From IMG/VR virus record IMGVR_UViG_3300021964_000014: a stretch of DNA of 64,000 bases, one strand, 5' to 3'. The notes under the pieces are model-generated. The model had not been told where the DNA came from, did not search any database, and saw nothing but the letters and a program-made list of their open reading frames with translations. The translations under genes and the position numbers were made by a program. The stretch comes from a virus. Below are positions 17,471 through 26,702 of this stretch, one piece after another (within the stretch, counting starts at the first letter, position 1; each line of letters begins with the position of its first letter).

Positions 17471-19225
17471 TTATCCTGCAAATGTTGCACCAGTAGGCTC
17501 AACTGTAAAGTCAAGTACTATGAATTCTGCCGTTTTAGCTGGCTGAATAAATATTTGACCTACTAATTGATTTCTATCTACAACGTCTGCTGTATTATTA
17601 GTGTCATCCATTACTACTCTAAAAGCATAAAGACCTTGTCTCTGTACTACTGATTCTAAGTAAGGATTTACCACTGATAAGAATCTGTTTCTAGTTGCTA
17701 CAGTATTTTGTTCGAATACTAAGTTTCTAGCTTGATCACCTAAGAATTTCTTAAGTTGGATTAATAATCTTCTTACGTTTACTCTGTCTAAAGCAGAAGC
17801 TTTAGTCTGTAGAGTCTTTTGACCAAATACTGCTATACCTTGTCCAGGGAAAGTAGCAATTGGGTTAATTTTTCCATCATACAATAAGTCTCTTTGACCT
17901 CTTGTTAATTTTTGCTCTGCTTGTATTACTCCTACGATGCCTCCTCTAACTAATCCAGCTGGTGCGAACCATGGTGCTGAACTATTATCAGTGAATGCAT
18001 ATATTCCTGGGATAACTACTGAAGCTGGTGCCCATACGTTTCTTCCTGTTGCGGATACGACTTGTACCCAAGGCCAGTAAGAAGCTGCATAAGAACTATT
18101 CAATGATGTAGCTGTTGAAGTAATATTACTAACTGTAGATGCGTAATTATCTAAATCTAGTACTGAAATACAATCTCCTCTAGATTCTGCTAAAGTAACA
18201 ACACTATTTAATACTCCTGCTTGATCTGCATTTTCGTAAATTAAACCTGGAGCAGACAACACGTTAAAGATATACTCATCTTTATTGTCTAAGATTGAAA
18301 TAGCATCTGTATAGTTACCAGAAGTTAATCCTTGTGCGTTAGTATTTGAAATACTGTTAAAATAGTTAGCACTTGCTACTGCATTTTCTCCTGTTGCATT
18401 ATAGAATGATCCAGATTCAACAATCGGTAAAGACGCTGAATAAGAATTTGTTCCGTCTGACCCAACTGTAGTACCGTCGTTTAGTAAGTAATCTACTGTA
18501 GGTGAATTAACTGTTGATACGTAAATATAATTTGATTTATTTACATAATCTCCAACAGTTTTAATATAAGTTTTAGTCCCATCAGTAGCTTTTGATTTAT
18601 ATTGAGTACCAATTACGTTTTCAATATAATTACCTGAGTTAGGATCTAGAGATACATTATTAAATGTCTCCAGTACTACTTTATTATTATGACTGTCATC
18701 TCCTCTTCTAACTAATAATGAGAATGTACCTTTAGCATTGTCTACATTTTGTACTTCCCATCTAATGTTATCTCTAGAACCTGAAGCTAATGCTCCACCG
18801 CCACCTGAAATATGTTCACCGGCATTGGTAAGAGATGTTGAGTTGTTAAAAATTGCTCCTTTGCCTAAAGTTTTAATTACAAAAGGTTGAATACTATCTT
18901 TAGCTGAAGATGAAACGTGAGTTGAAGTTGCTTGTGTAAATGATCCTGTTACTACTCTAGTTACTAATACTGAACCACCACCTTGTTGGAAGTAATTTTT
19001 TACAGCTATAGAAGTTAAAAATTCTTGCTTTGTAGATGCTGACACAAATGTTTCACCGAAATTACGTACATACTGGTTATAGGATGTGACGATAGTTGGT
19101 TCTTCTACTGGTCCTTTAACTGTAGGTCCGATAATTGCAGCACCTGCTTCAACTGGAGCGGGTTGGATAAAAGAAATATCGTTTTCTCTTGCAAATACAC
19201 CTGGGGAGATGATTGTTTCTGCCAT
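17471..19225 (-). CDS. Contractile tail sheath protein (gp18-like)
   Basis: SPGVFARE, PWFAPAG, GQKTLQ, DRVNVRRLL, FEQN, DDTNNT and PAKTAEFI motifs. Confidence 0.96.
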   Translation of the reverse strand: MAETIISPGVFARENDISFIQPAPVEAGAAIIGPTVKGPVEEPTIVTSYNQYVRNFGETFVSASTKQEFLTSIAVKNYFQQGGGSVLVTRVVTGSFTQATSTHVSSSAKDSIQPFVIKTLGKGAIFNNSTSLTNAGEHISGGGGALASGSRDNIRWEVQNVDNAKGTFSLLVRRGDDSHNNKVVLETFNNVSLDPNSGNYIENVIGTQYKSKATDGTKTYIKTVGDYVNKSNYIYVSTVNSPTVDYLLNDGTTVGSDGTNSYSASLPIVESGSFYNATGENAVASANYFNSISNTNAQGLTSGNYTDAISILDNKDEYIFNVLSAPGLIYENADQAGVLNSVVTLAESRGDCISVLDLDNYASTVSNITSTATSLNSSYAASYWPWVQVVSATGRNVWAPASVVIPGIYAFTDNSSAPWFAPAGLVRGGIVGVIQAEQKLTRGQRDLLYDGKINPIATFPGQGIAVFGQKTLQTKASALDRVNVRRLLIQLKKFLGDQARNLVFEQNTVATRNRFLSVVNPYLESVVQRQGLYAFRVVMDDTNNTADVVDRNQLVGQIFIQPAKTAEFIVLDFTVEPTGATFAG

Positions 19226-19316
19226 GTTTGGTCTATTTTATTTTAATTTATTATAAATATCATTCAGGAATGTAAAACAGAACTAATGTTTTTACAATAT
19301 CTGTCTATAATAAATA

Positions 19317-19344
19317 GGAAAGGAGGATGTAAAACCCTCCTTCC
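19317..19344 (-). terminator. Hairpin GGAAGGAGG-N9-CCTCCTTTCC
   Basis: Inverted repeat after the 19367 gene, abutting a TATTTAT element. Confidence 0.55.
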
Positions 19345-19366
19345 TTAAAAGTTTGTAAAAGATTAT

Positions 19367-19693
19367 TTATTTTTCTTCTACTACCTCTTCTGAAGTTGCT
19401 TCAGGAACTGAGCCTTCTACTGCTTCTTCTGACGCTGGAGCTTCAGGGTTTGGAATAAATTCCCCCTTTTGCAAGTCAATTGAACCAGCACCATAAGTCT
19501 CTTCTAGACTTTTAACTAATTCTTGTTCTGCATCTCTCAATTCATTTAAGAATGTATTAGCCGCTTCTTTTCTTTTGCCAAGGTTGATCTCGATTAATGA
19601 GATGTTACCAAGTTCATTGATCAAAGCGTTGTTCTTTTGAGAGAGTTCCGATAACTTGTCAAGCTCTTCTTGAGTTAACTTTTGATTTGCCAT
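19367..19693 (-). CDS. Acidic coiled-coil protein, possible fibre-assembly chaperone
   Basis: Heptad N-terminus, YGAGSIDLQKGEF motif, acidic tail; has its own promoter-like element. Confidence 0.6.
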   Translation of the reverse strand: MANQKLTQEELDKLSELSQKNNALINELGNISLIEINLGKRKEAANTFLNELRDAEQELVKSLEETYGAGSIDLQKGEFIPNPEAPASEEAVEGSVPEATSEEVVEEK

Positions 19694-19724
19694 AATTAAA
19701 AATTTAAATTAATCGATTAATATT

Positions 19725-19756
19725 ATAATATAAGTATAAATATTTTACAATCCAAC
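19725..19756 (-). promoter_or_regulatory. Putative host-sigma promoter GTTG-N20-TATATTAT with a TATTTATA element in its spacer
   Basis: Same 20-nt spacing as the three other copies. Confidence 0.65.
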
Positions 19757-19771
19757 TTTTTTAAGACTTTT

Positions 19772-20137
19772 TTATTCTGCAGCTACTTCAACTATGTACT
19801 TAGTAACAGAAGTAGGGTTTACCATTTCTGCTAGAGAAGATGAGACATTGTTTTTATGTGCTTGAACAGAACCTGTCGTTGCAGTTTCCATAGATGAAGT
19901 TACCCATCCTACTACAGTTGCTTTATCTAAAGAATCAAACGAAGTAAAAGAAGATAAATCGTCAATAGAAAGCGTTTGAGTCCCGATAGATGATACTGAG
20001 TGACTCCCAGTTGAAGCAGACAATGTCCAATGAGCATTGTAAATTACATCATTTTGAGTGTTTACTGGGTCTTGTGAATCTGATGCTGTTGGGTAAGTAT
20101 CTAATGCACCAACAGTCCATGTATACGTTATTGCCAT
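19772..20137 (-). CDS. Small fibre-associated virion protein
   Basis: YTWTV...VIYNAHW...FTSFDSL...VVGWV pattern resembles small tail-fibre accessory proteins; Ser/Thr-rich. Confidence 0.6.
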   Translation of the reverse strand: MAITYTWTVGALDTYPTASDSQDPVNTQNDVIYNAHWTLSASTGSHSVSSIGTQTLSIDDLSSFTSFDSLDKATVVGWVTSSMETATTGSVQAHKNNVSSSLAEMVNPTSVTKYIVEVAAE

Positions 20138-20182
20138 AATTTTTTATTTTGTTAGAATTAGTTATATAATATAAATAGGTAG

Positions 20183-20890
20183 TTATATTTGAATATTAAA
20201 GTTTATAACTGCTCTATGCTTTTTGCCGTAAAACGGCTCTACTGAATGTATAATATCGTAAGGCCATATTAATAACATTCCTTTTTTAGGTCTAATGTAG
20301 TATTTCATACCTCTAATATGAAAAGCAAAAACCCCACTGTAGGGATGATCCTTGATAGGTTCACCATCGGATAAGTAATAACCTCCTGAGAACATTGTAG
20401 GTTTAGCTTCACTATGATGCCATCTGCAATGATTATGAGCATTATGTCCTCTTCCGGAAGTTGGTTCGTAATACTGTAACCAGCTTTCTGTTATTTTACT
20501 ATTTTTTTCGTGTTTAATATCTAATGAATCTAATAAATGATAAAAACCTGCTTTTATTCTTCTTTCAATCACATTAACATATTCGTTATCTGTCTCTAAA
20601 AAATCGTTTGGTGGAGTAAAAAACCTACTCCCAATAGGAGGTAATTCGTGTTCCTCAACCCATTCATCTTGCCTGTTATAATTTACTTCATAATTTGATT
20701 GTCTTTCAATATCAAACTTACCTGGTAACTCTTGGCCCATTCTTTTTTGTTGAGGAGATAATAATTCTAAACCTAACTCGTAAACACTATCTGATACATT
20801 ATCGTTAAAGACTCTTTTATATAACGGTATAGGAGCTAAGTAAAAAATACTACTTTTAGTTGTTTCTATTAAAGGTTGATTAAATTTCAT
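20183..20890 (-). CDS. 2OG-Fe(II) oxygenase-like protein
   Basis: ESWLQYY, HNAHNH, SGGYYL, HSVEP and RAVINFN double-stranded beta-helix motifs. Confidence 0.85.
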   Translation of the reverse strand: MKFNQPLIETTKSSIFYLAPIPLYKRVFNDNVSDSVYELGLELLSPQQKRMGQELPGKFDIERQSNYEVNYNRQDEWVEEHELPPIGSRFFTPPNDFLETDNEYVNVIERRIKAGFYHLLDSLDIKHEKNSKITESWLQYYEPTSGRGHNAHNHCRWHHSEAKPTMFSGGYYLSDGEPIKDHPYSGVFAFHIRGMKYYIRPKKGMLLIWPYDIIHSVEPFYGKKHRAVINFNIQI

Positions 20891-20892
20891 AC

Positions 20893-21921
20893 TTACTCTT
20901 TTAAAAATCCATTATGAAAAGGAACATAGAAAACCACTTCATAATCGTTATCTTTAGCATACTGTTCAGCTTCTAATTGTGCTTCCCAAAATGTTTGCCA
21001 ATTGTCTTTATTACATAACATACTATCCTCAATTTTCAAATCAGCTTGGTATTTCATTGTTAAGGTAAACTGAGTGCTGTTAGAACCTACCTCAAGTCCT
21101 AAATCTATCATTTCTTTTAGCTCATGTACGTTATGTAGGTTAATATTGTTTGTCGTATAAGAAAAATCAGTTATATCTGGTCTTTCTTTAACTTTTTTAA
21201 AGTAAGAAGTTAAATTTTTCTTTATCTTATCAAAGTAATCTAATCTCCTAATAGTTCTATACGTCTCTGGTGTACCTGCATCGATTGAAAATCCTAAATT
21301 TACATTTCTTACTATATCTAAAAACCTATCTTGAGCTCTTTCTGTAAAAATAGTACCATTGCAAAAAGTCCAAAATAAAATATTATCTCGATATTTAATA
21401 AAATCTAGTTTTTCAAATACATCAAATATTCTATTCTTGTAAAAAGGTTCTGCTATACCTAAAATTGATAGAGTTTGTAAACTAGGTACTATTATTTTTA
21501 CTTCTTCTAATATATCATCTAATATATCAGGACCTACTCTACTCATATGTTGTTTACTACTTCTAGGACACATAATACAGGCAGTATCTGGTGTAGGGTT
21601 TAATCCTCCTATATTACAAAATGTAGAAGGCATATTTAACTCTAAATCTACTGGGTATTTAGTTAGTTGCACCTCATGTTTTGGTATTTTACTAAGATCG
21701 TAAAATCTAAAAGGGCAGCGATCATTATCACAGTATTTTTTATCTAATACTCCTTTAAGTGTAGAATTTTTAACTTCTCTTAGTTTAGGGTGTTTGAAAG
21801 CTTTTTCAATACCGTCTTCTAATATATTACCGTACACAGATGACTGGAAGCAGCACGAATGGTAGGTACCGTCTTCGTTTATTTTTAATCTAGAAAAAGG
21901 TAAGTTACAAAATGCTTTCAT
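20893..21921 (-). CDS. Radical SAM protein with N-terminal SPASM/twitch-like Cys domain
   Basis: FCNLPF...DGTYHSCC...GNI, C-X12-C-X2-C, GIAEP and FSIDAGTPETYRTIR. Confidence 0.8.
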   Translation of the reverse strand: MKAFCNLPFSRLKINEDGTYHSCCFQSSVYGNILEDGIEKAFKHPKLREVKNSTLKGVLDKKYCDNDRCPFRFYDLSKIPKHEVQLTKYPVDLELNMPSTFCNIGGLNPTPDTACIMCPRSSKQHMSRVGPDILDDILEEVKIIVPSLQTLSILGIAEPFYKNRIFDVFEKLDFIKYRDNILFWTFCNGTIFTERAQDRFLDIVRNVNLGFSIDAGTPETYRTIRRLDYFDKIKKNLTSYFKKVKERPDITDFSYTTNNINLHNVHELKEMIDLGLEVGSNSTQFTLTMKYQADLKIEDSMLCNKDNWQTFWEAQLEAEQYAKDNDYEVVFYVPFHNGFLKE

Positions 21922-22691
21922 TATATATGTTTAAAGTATAAGTCCATATCAATTTTTTTGTTGATAAATTTATTTAATTTTCTCTGTACTTTGCTTATTT
22001 TAAAATAATGATCAGTTCTATCATCACTTACTCCTTGTACATATGTTGGTTGAAACTTATTTATATATTCTTCTAAACTACAATTAGCATAAAGTAACAT
22101 AGCATGTTCTTCTATACATCCTTCGATTTTATTTTTAATTGTTATATCAATTAAATCTTTACCTAAATTTCTATTAGATGTATATAAACAGCTAAAATTA
22201 GGAGAAGCTAATCCTTCTTCAAAGTCCCAATTGTATTTCTTAAACTCTTTTTCTAAAACTTTAAAATACTCTAAGTTATAATCTAAAATTAATCTACCTT
22301 CAAATGTTTCTTTAAACGATTCAACTGTGTTTTTATGTTGTGCGTATAGAGGACATAGGGTTTCGTTCTTTTCTAATAACTTATAAAAGTTTGTATCTAA
22401 CGGTCTTAAAGCATAACAGTCCCAATCTAATAGGATAACTCTTTCAAATTTTTGAAGAGCTAAATCTAATGCGATTAATTTTTTACCGTATTGAGTATTA
22501 TACGAATCAAAGTAAGGTAGAGATTCTTTTACTAAAAAAGTTTTAAATCCTCTTTCTTTTAGGTACTGTTCGTTTTCTTCACCCCATACGTATACTAAAT
22601 GATTTTTCATCACCGGTAATCTAGGAATTTCAGCTTTAGTTTCATTCCTGTTCCCCCAATATGCTCTAATTATTGGTATCGTTGTATTCAT
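21921..22691 (-). CDS. Putative GT-A-fold nucleotide-sugar transferase
   Basis: KLIAL...VILLDWDC DxD motif; member of the enzyme cluster. Confidence 0.55.
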   Translation of the reverse strand: MNTTIPIIRAYWGNRNETKAEIPRLPVMKNHLVYVWGEENEQYLKERGFKTFLVKESLPYFDSYNTQYGKKLIALDLALQKFERVILLDWDCYALRPLDTNFYKLLEKNETLCPLYAQHKNTVESFKETFEGRLILDYNLEYFKVLEKEFKKYNWDFEEGLASPNFSCLYTSNRNLGKDLIDITIKNKIEGCIEEHAMLLYANCSLEEYINKFQPTYVQGVSDDRTDHYFKISKVQRKLNKFINKKIDMDLYFKHI

Positions 22692-23658
22692 CCCAATACG
22701 TTTTAAATCTTGAATGCTGTAGGTACTTACCTAATCCAAGTTCAATACATTCTCTAAAATATCTTCTTGTTTCTTGTTCTAAAAATTCAGGAAACATATT
22801 AAAATGTATCTTATTAAACCAGACATGTTCCCAAATTAGGTCTTCATCTTTCTTTTGGTCTGCACCTAAAGGTAAGTACCATTGTTCAGATTTTCCTTTA
22901 TACCTATACTCTTTACTTGAATAGTTACTATTGGCTAGGAACACTCTATCTGTTAGTGTGTTTGCCTTATAATCACCTTCTCTAATAACGTGTCCTAATA
23001 TACCTTGATCAGAAAGTAACCAAAACCATTCCGGCACGTGTTCACCGTTTGTTTCAACTAATTTCTTATGCCATTTAGTATATTTCTGATTTAGCTCTAA
23101 ATTATTAACAGCTAAAAAAGAAGTATTAGGACAAAGATCATTACAGTTGTAACTTTTTGGAAATGCAATATGATCTACTTCATTTTCCCAATCATGTTGC
23201 TCAAAATAATAGTATCCTCTGGGTATTTCCCAATGTGTTACTGTTATATCTCCTTCTAGAATATAATCAGGTATAGGTTGTCTAATAATCATATCCTGAT
23301 CCATAAAGATAAAAGGTTCTTTTTGATTTGCTAGTACTTTTATTTTACCACTAGTCCAAAAATAAGCAGGATCTATTTTAGATTTTGAATAACCGTCCAA
23401 AAAACTAATATTTACTTCATCATAAAGATCATTTATTCCAAATTGCTGGTAAAAATTAAATCCTACTGAATCTGTATATAGTTTTATAGGTCCATTATGG
23501 TATTTCCACATACCTGCGGATAGAATAGTATAAAGTATTTGATAATTGGGTTGATCATAGCACTTACCTGGTAGCTCTCTTGTTGATCTAAAACCATGTC
23601 CTCTTAAACGCTCTCTATGAAAAAAAGGTTTAGTCCAATTTACGTGTATACCGTTCAT
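22666..23658 (-). CDS. Putative GT-A-fold nucleotide-sugar transferase
   Basis: KLYTD, FWTSGKIKV and PFIFMDQD (DxD) motifs. Confidence 0.6.
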   Translation of the reverse strand: MNGIHVNWTKPFFHRERLRGHGFRSTRELPGKCYDQPNYQILYTILSAGMWKYHNGPIKLYTDSVGFNFYQQFGINDLYDEVNISFLDGYSKSKIDPAYFWTSGKIKVLANQKEPFIFMDQDMIIRQPIPDYILEGDITVTHWEIPRGYYYFEQHDWENEVDHIAFPKSYNCNDLCPNTSFLAVNNLELNQKYTKWHKKLVETNGEHVPEWFWLLSDQGILGHVIREGDYKANTLTDRVFLANSNYSSKEYRYKGKSEQWYLPLGADQKKDEDLIWEHVWFNKIHFNMFPEFLEQETRRYFRECIELGLGKYLQHSRFKTYWDEYNDTNN

Positions 23659-23659
23659 A

Positions 23660-24532
23660 TTAAGACTTTAAATATATATGTGCCCACTTTTGTGGTTTTT
23701 TACTAAGATACGATTTAAATTGCTTAAAAACAACTTTATCTACATCAAAAGATGGAGCAATATTACAGTTCTGTACCATATAAGGTTCATCATCTGTTTT
23801 TCTTACTTCTACTGCTGTTGCACCTTGCCATTGTTGAGGAGCATTAGCTTGCCAAATAGCTAAATGAAGTCTTTCCATTTTTTGTTCATCGATATAACCT
23901 CTTTTCTGTATAAATAAAGTATGTTTAGGGCAGTATACTTTAAAATCTAAAGTTTCTAAAAATACATCTGCTGCATATCTTATAGGTAGAACTTTATTTA
24001 GTAATTTTTGAGCTGAATTACGATTTAATTGGTAAGCATGAGCTGAGTATTTATCAGATAGCAAGTCTGGTTTGTATATTTCACTTAGGTTTGTTTTTTC
24101 CTTACCTATGATAGGATCGTACATTCTACCCCAAATAAATAAATCGTAGTCTATTTCTTTTATTTGTTTTTTTAGAACTTCAAATTTACCAGAGCCTATA
24201 TAACTGTGCAGCTCTTTACTAAAGCATGCGTCATCTTCAAGAATTAAACAAGTTTCGTGTTTACTATCAATAAAAGCTTGATAGGCTAATCTATGGGATA
24301 AAGCACAAGCTATAATATTTTTAGTTAAAAGACCGTTAGAATCTATAAAAATAGTATTTAAAGTACCGCTGTTTATTAATTCATTCTGATCTGGTAAATC
24401 CTCTCCTGCTATAGCTTCTATAATTTCAAAGTTTGTAATATTGAAATCGTTAAAAAGCTTAAGAATAGTTTCTTTCCTTTCAGGATAAGTAGGTAGGTTA
24501 ATAACATAGATAATATCTACACCTAAATCCAT
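23660..24532 (-). CDS. Glycosyltransferase family 25
   Basis: YVINL...ER, CALSHR, LILEDD and AHAY...AQKLL...AAD motifs characteristic of GT25. Confidence 0.9.
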   Translation of the reverse strand: MDLGVDIIYVINLPTYPERKETILKLFNDFNITNFEIIEAIAGEDLPDQNELINSGTLNTIFIDSNGLLTKNIIACALSHRLAYQAFIDSKHETCLILEDDACFSKELHSYIGSGKFEVLKKQIKEIDYDLFIWGRMYDPIIGKEKTNLSEIYKPDLLSDKYSAHAYQLNRNSAQKLLNKVLPIRYAADVFLETLDFKVYCPKHTLFIQKRGYIDEQKMERLHLAIWQANAPQQWQGATAVEVRKTDDEPYMVQNCNIAPSFDVDKVVFKQFKSYLSKKPQKWAHIYLKS

Positions 24533-24548
24533 AACTTTTATTTAAAAT

Positions 24549-25097
24549 TTATACGTCTAAAATACTTGAACTAGGAATATTTTCAGCTACTACTGTTTTT
24601 AAGTGGGTATAACATTGACTGTATATATCTGTTAATTGATCTAAATCTATACGGTTATAGTCTTGTAATGATTCACTAACTTTAGTCCACTGTGAGCTTG
24701 ATACCCATCCTGTTACTTCTACTTCGTCTCCATTTTCATCAAAATCAATATAAACTTGACTTGAAGATGTCCACACTTCTTCCCAATGTTCTTGATTTAC
24801 TCTTTCAGTTGAAGCTGTTACTGGAAATGAAATAAGTTCAGGTAGAGTAAAAGAACCGGTAATAGAACCAGATTCATACTCCATATCTCTTAAAGGTACA
24901 GATGCTATTCCTCTTGGTAAAGGATCTTGATACCAGTATTTTCTACCTTTTACAGCATCACTAGAAGTAAGGAATAACATAGGATTATATTCTACTTCTC
25001 CCATCCATGGTTTAACTTTATAGAATTCTATTCTAATATAAGCTGAATTAGTATCCCCCCATTCTGTTTTTAGTGTTCCGTTTAATTGTATAGCCAT
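24549..25097 (-). CDS. Hypothetical fibre-associated protein
   Basis: 182-aa ORF after a TATTTATA element; rich in the [ST][GAS]S motif. Confidence 0.6.
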   Translation of the reverse strand: MAIQLNGTLKTEWGDTNSAYIRIEFYKVKPWMGEVEYNPMLFLTSSDAVKGRKYWYQDPLPRGIASVPLRDMEYESGSITGSFTLPELISFPVTASTERVNQEHWEEVWTSSSQVYIDFDENGDEVEVTGWVSSSQWTKVSESLQDYNRIDLDQLTDIYSQCYTHLKTVVAENIPSSSILDV

Positions 25098-25127
25098 TTT
25101 AGTATTTTATTATAAATAGTTAATGTT

Positions 25128-26702
25128 TTACAGACTAAATCTTTCTTTATATGCTTTGTAATTAGTAGCTATTTCAATAGGACTCAACACTCTATTGTAC
25201 TCTCTATAAACATGTACATCATTTGTTCCGTATCTACTCAAATCTCCTACTCCTATAAAATTAGAATCTAAACTATGACTAAAAGTAAATGTCCAGTTAA
25301 AAGAGTCTGTTTTTTCTCCTCCGTTATAATACAAATTAAAAGTACCTGCAGTAGAACTTGTAGACGTATAAGTAATGACTAAATGATGATATTGATCTTG
25401 CACAAATGTATTAGCTTTAGTCCAGCTCCTATAGGTTATTTTAGAACTGCCAGAGTAGCCTTCGTAATAAGTTAAATTACCACTTGAGTGAAACATCCAA
25501 TAACCTCCTCCTCCTAAATATCCTCCGAATAGTCCATTCCAAGAAGTATCATTATCATCAGTTGGTTTAAATACTAATTCTACTGACCAATCTTCAGTAA
25601 TAGCGTACTGTTTACGGTCTTTATTTATATAATCATCAGTACCATCAAAAGTAGGTTGAGCATTAGAATCAAAACTTACGTTTGCAACATTTAAAGTCCC
25701 GTAATCGTTACCGGCTAAATTTAATAAGCTTTCTGTTGATGAACGAGTACCTGCTACAAAGGGTGTTGAATGTCCTCTGTTTACTTCTACTTGCAGATCG
25801 GCGATATCCATATCGTACTTGTCAGTAGACCCTTGTGGGAACCAGTATTGATAAAAGTTATAAGTAACTGAAGCTGTCCATTGATGCACTACGTGTTTCC
25901 ATTCTAAATACTCACCACAGCTAAACCCTTGACTAAATGCTGAATTACCTGAGCCGAAATATGTAGTGTATGTTCCTGTTTTATTAGCTGCACTTGGAGT
26001 AGCTGCTCTAAGCCAATATGAAACGGTAATGGTATCACCTTGAGTTACTGGTGTATATACTCCATATGCCATTCCATCTGCTACTCCATCGCCTCTGTAC
26101 ACATGCCATCTCATACAGTTAGTTCCAGGTCTTCTTCCTCCTCCTTCAACTATTTCTTTTATTAAACCAGAATTAGGTAAATGAGGTCCTCCCCACCACA
26201 TAGTAGGGAAACTAGTAGCATTGATGGAAATTCTAGTGTCATTTGCATAATCATCGTGTACTTTATAGAATCCAGTAGAAGGATTAATATACCCTTGAGA
26301 GCCGTTCTGTGAGCTATTATACGCATGTAAAGAAAATGTAGTAGAACTTAATTTTTTAATAACATAATTAGTTCCTGCTGTTACTCCTCCTCCGGTGGTT
26401 TGAGGTTTTAGTACATCAAAACTTCTTATGTTACGGCCTGTACTACTCAAAGTTACTATGTTGTTAGAAACAGAGCCTACAGTCCCTATAGAAAAATAAG
26501 TATTACTATTGTATTGATTTGTATTATATGTACCCCATCCGTTAGATGTAGTAAAGCTAGCATTTGCTGTTGGGGTTGGTACTAAGTTACTAGTAGGCTC
26601 CCCAGCATAAAAACGAGTAGCTATACCATTAGTATCTAATCCGTATGAACTGTCATACCCATAAACTAATCCTTGCTTTGCTATGTGAGGTCCTGAATAC
26701 AT
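25128..26702 (-). CDS. Virion protein with carbohydrate-binding-like and C-terminal LamG/ConA domain
   Basis: TFDGTDDYI...YHHLVITY...YNRVLSPIEIATNY. Confidence 0.8.
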   Translation of the reverse strand: MYSGPHIAKQGLVYGYDSSYGLDTNGIATRFYAGEPTSNLVPTPTANASFTTSNGWGTYNTNQYNSNTYFSIGTVGSVSNNIVTLSSTGRNIRSFDVLKPQTTGGGVTAGTNYVIKKLSSTTFSLHAYNSSQNGSQGYINPSTGFYKVHDDYANDTRISINATSFPTMWWGGPHLPNSGLIKEIVEGGGRRPGTNCMRWHVYRGDGVADGMAYGVYTPVTQGDTITVSYWLRAATPSAANKTGTYTTYFGSGNSAFSQGFSCGEYLEWKHVVHQWTASVTYNFYQYWFPQGSTDKYDMDIADLQVEVNRGHSTPFVAGTRSSTESLLNLAGNDYGTLNVANVSFDSNAQPTFDGTDDYINKDRKQYAITEDWSVELVFKPTDDNDTSWNGLFGGYLGGGGYWMFHSSGNLTYYEGYSGSSKITYRSWTKANTFVQDQYHHLVITYTSTSSTAGTFNLYYNGGEKTDSFNWTFTFSHSLDSNFIGVGDLSRYGTNDVHVYREYNRVLSPIEIATNYKAYKERFSL

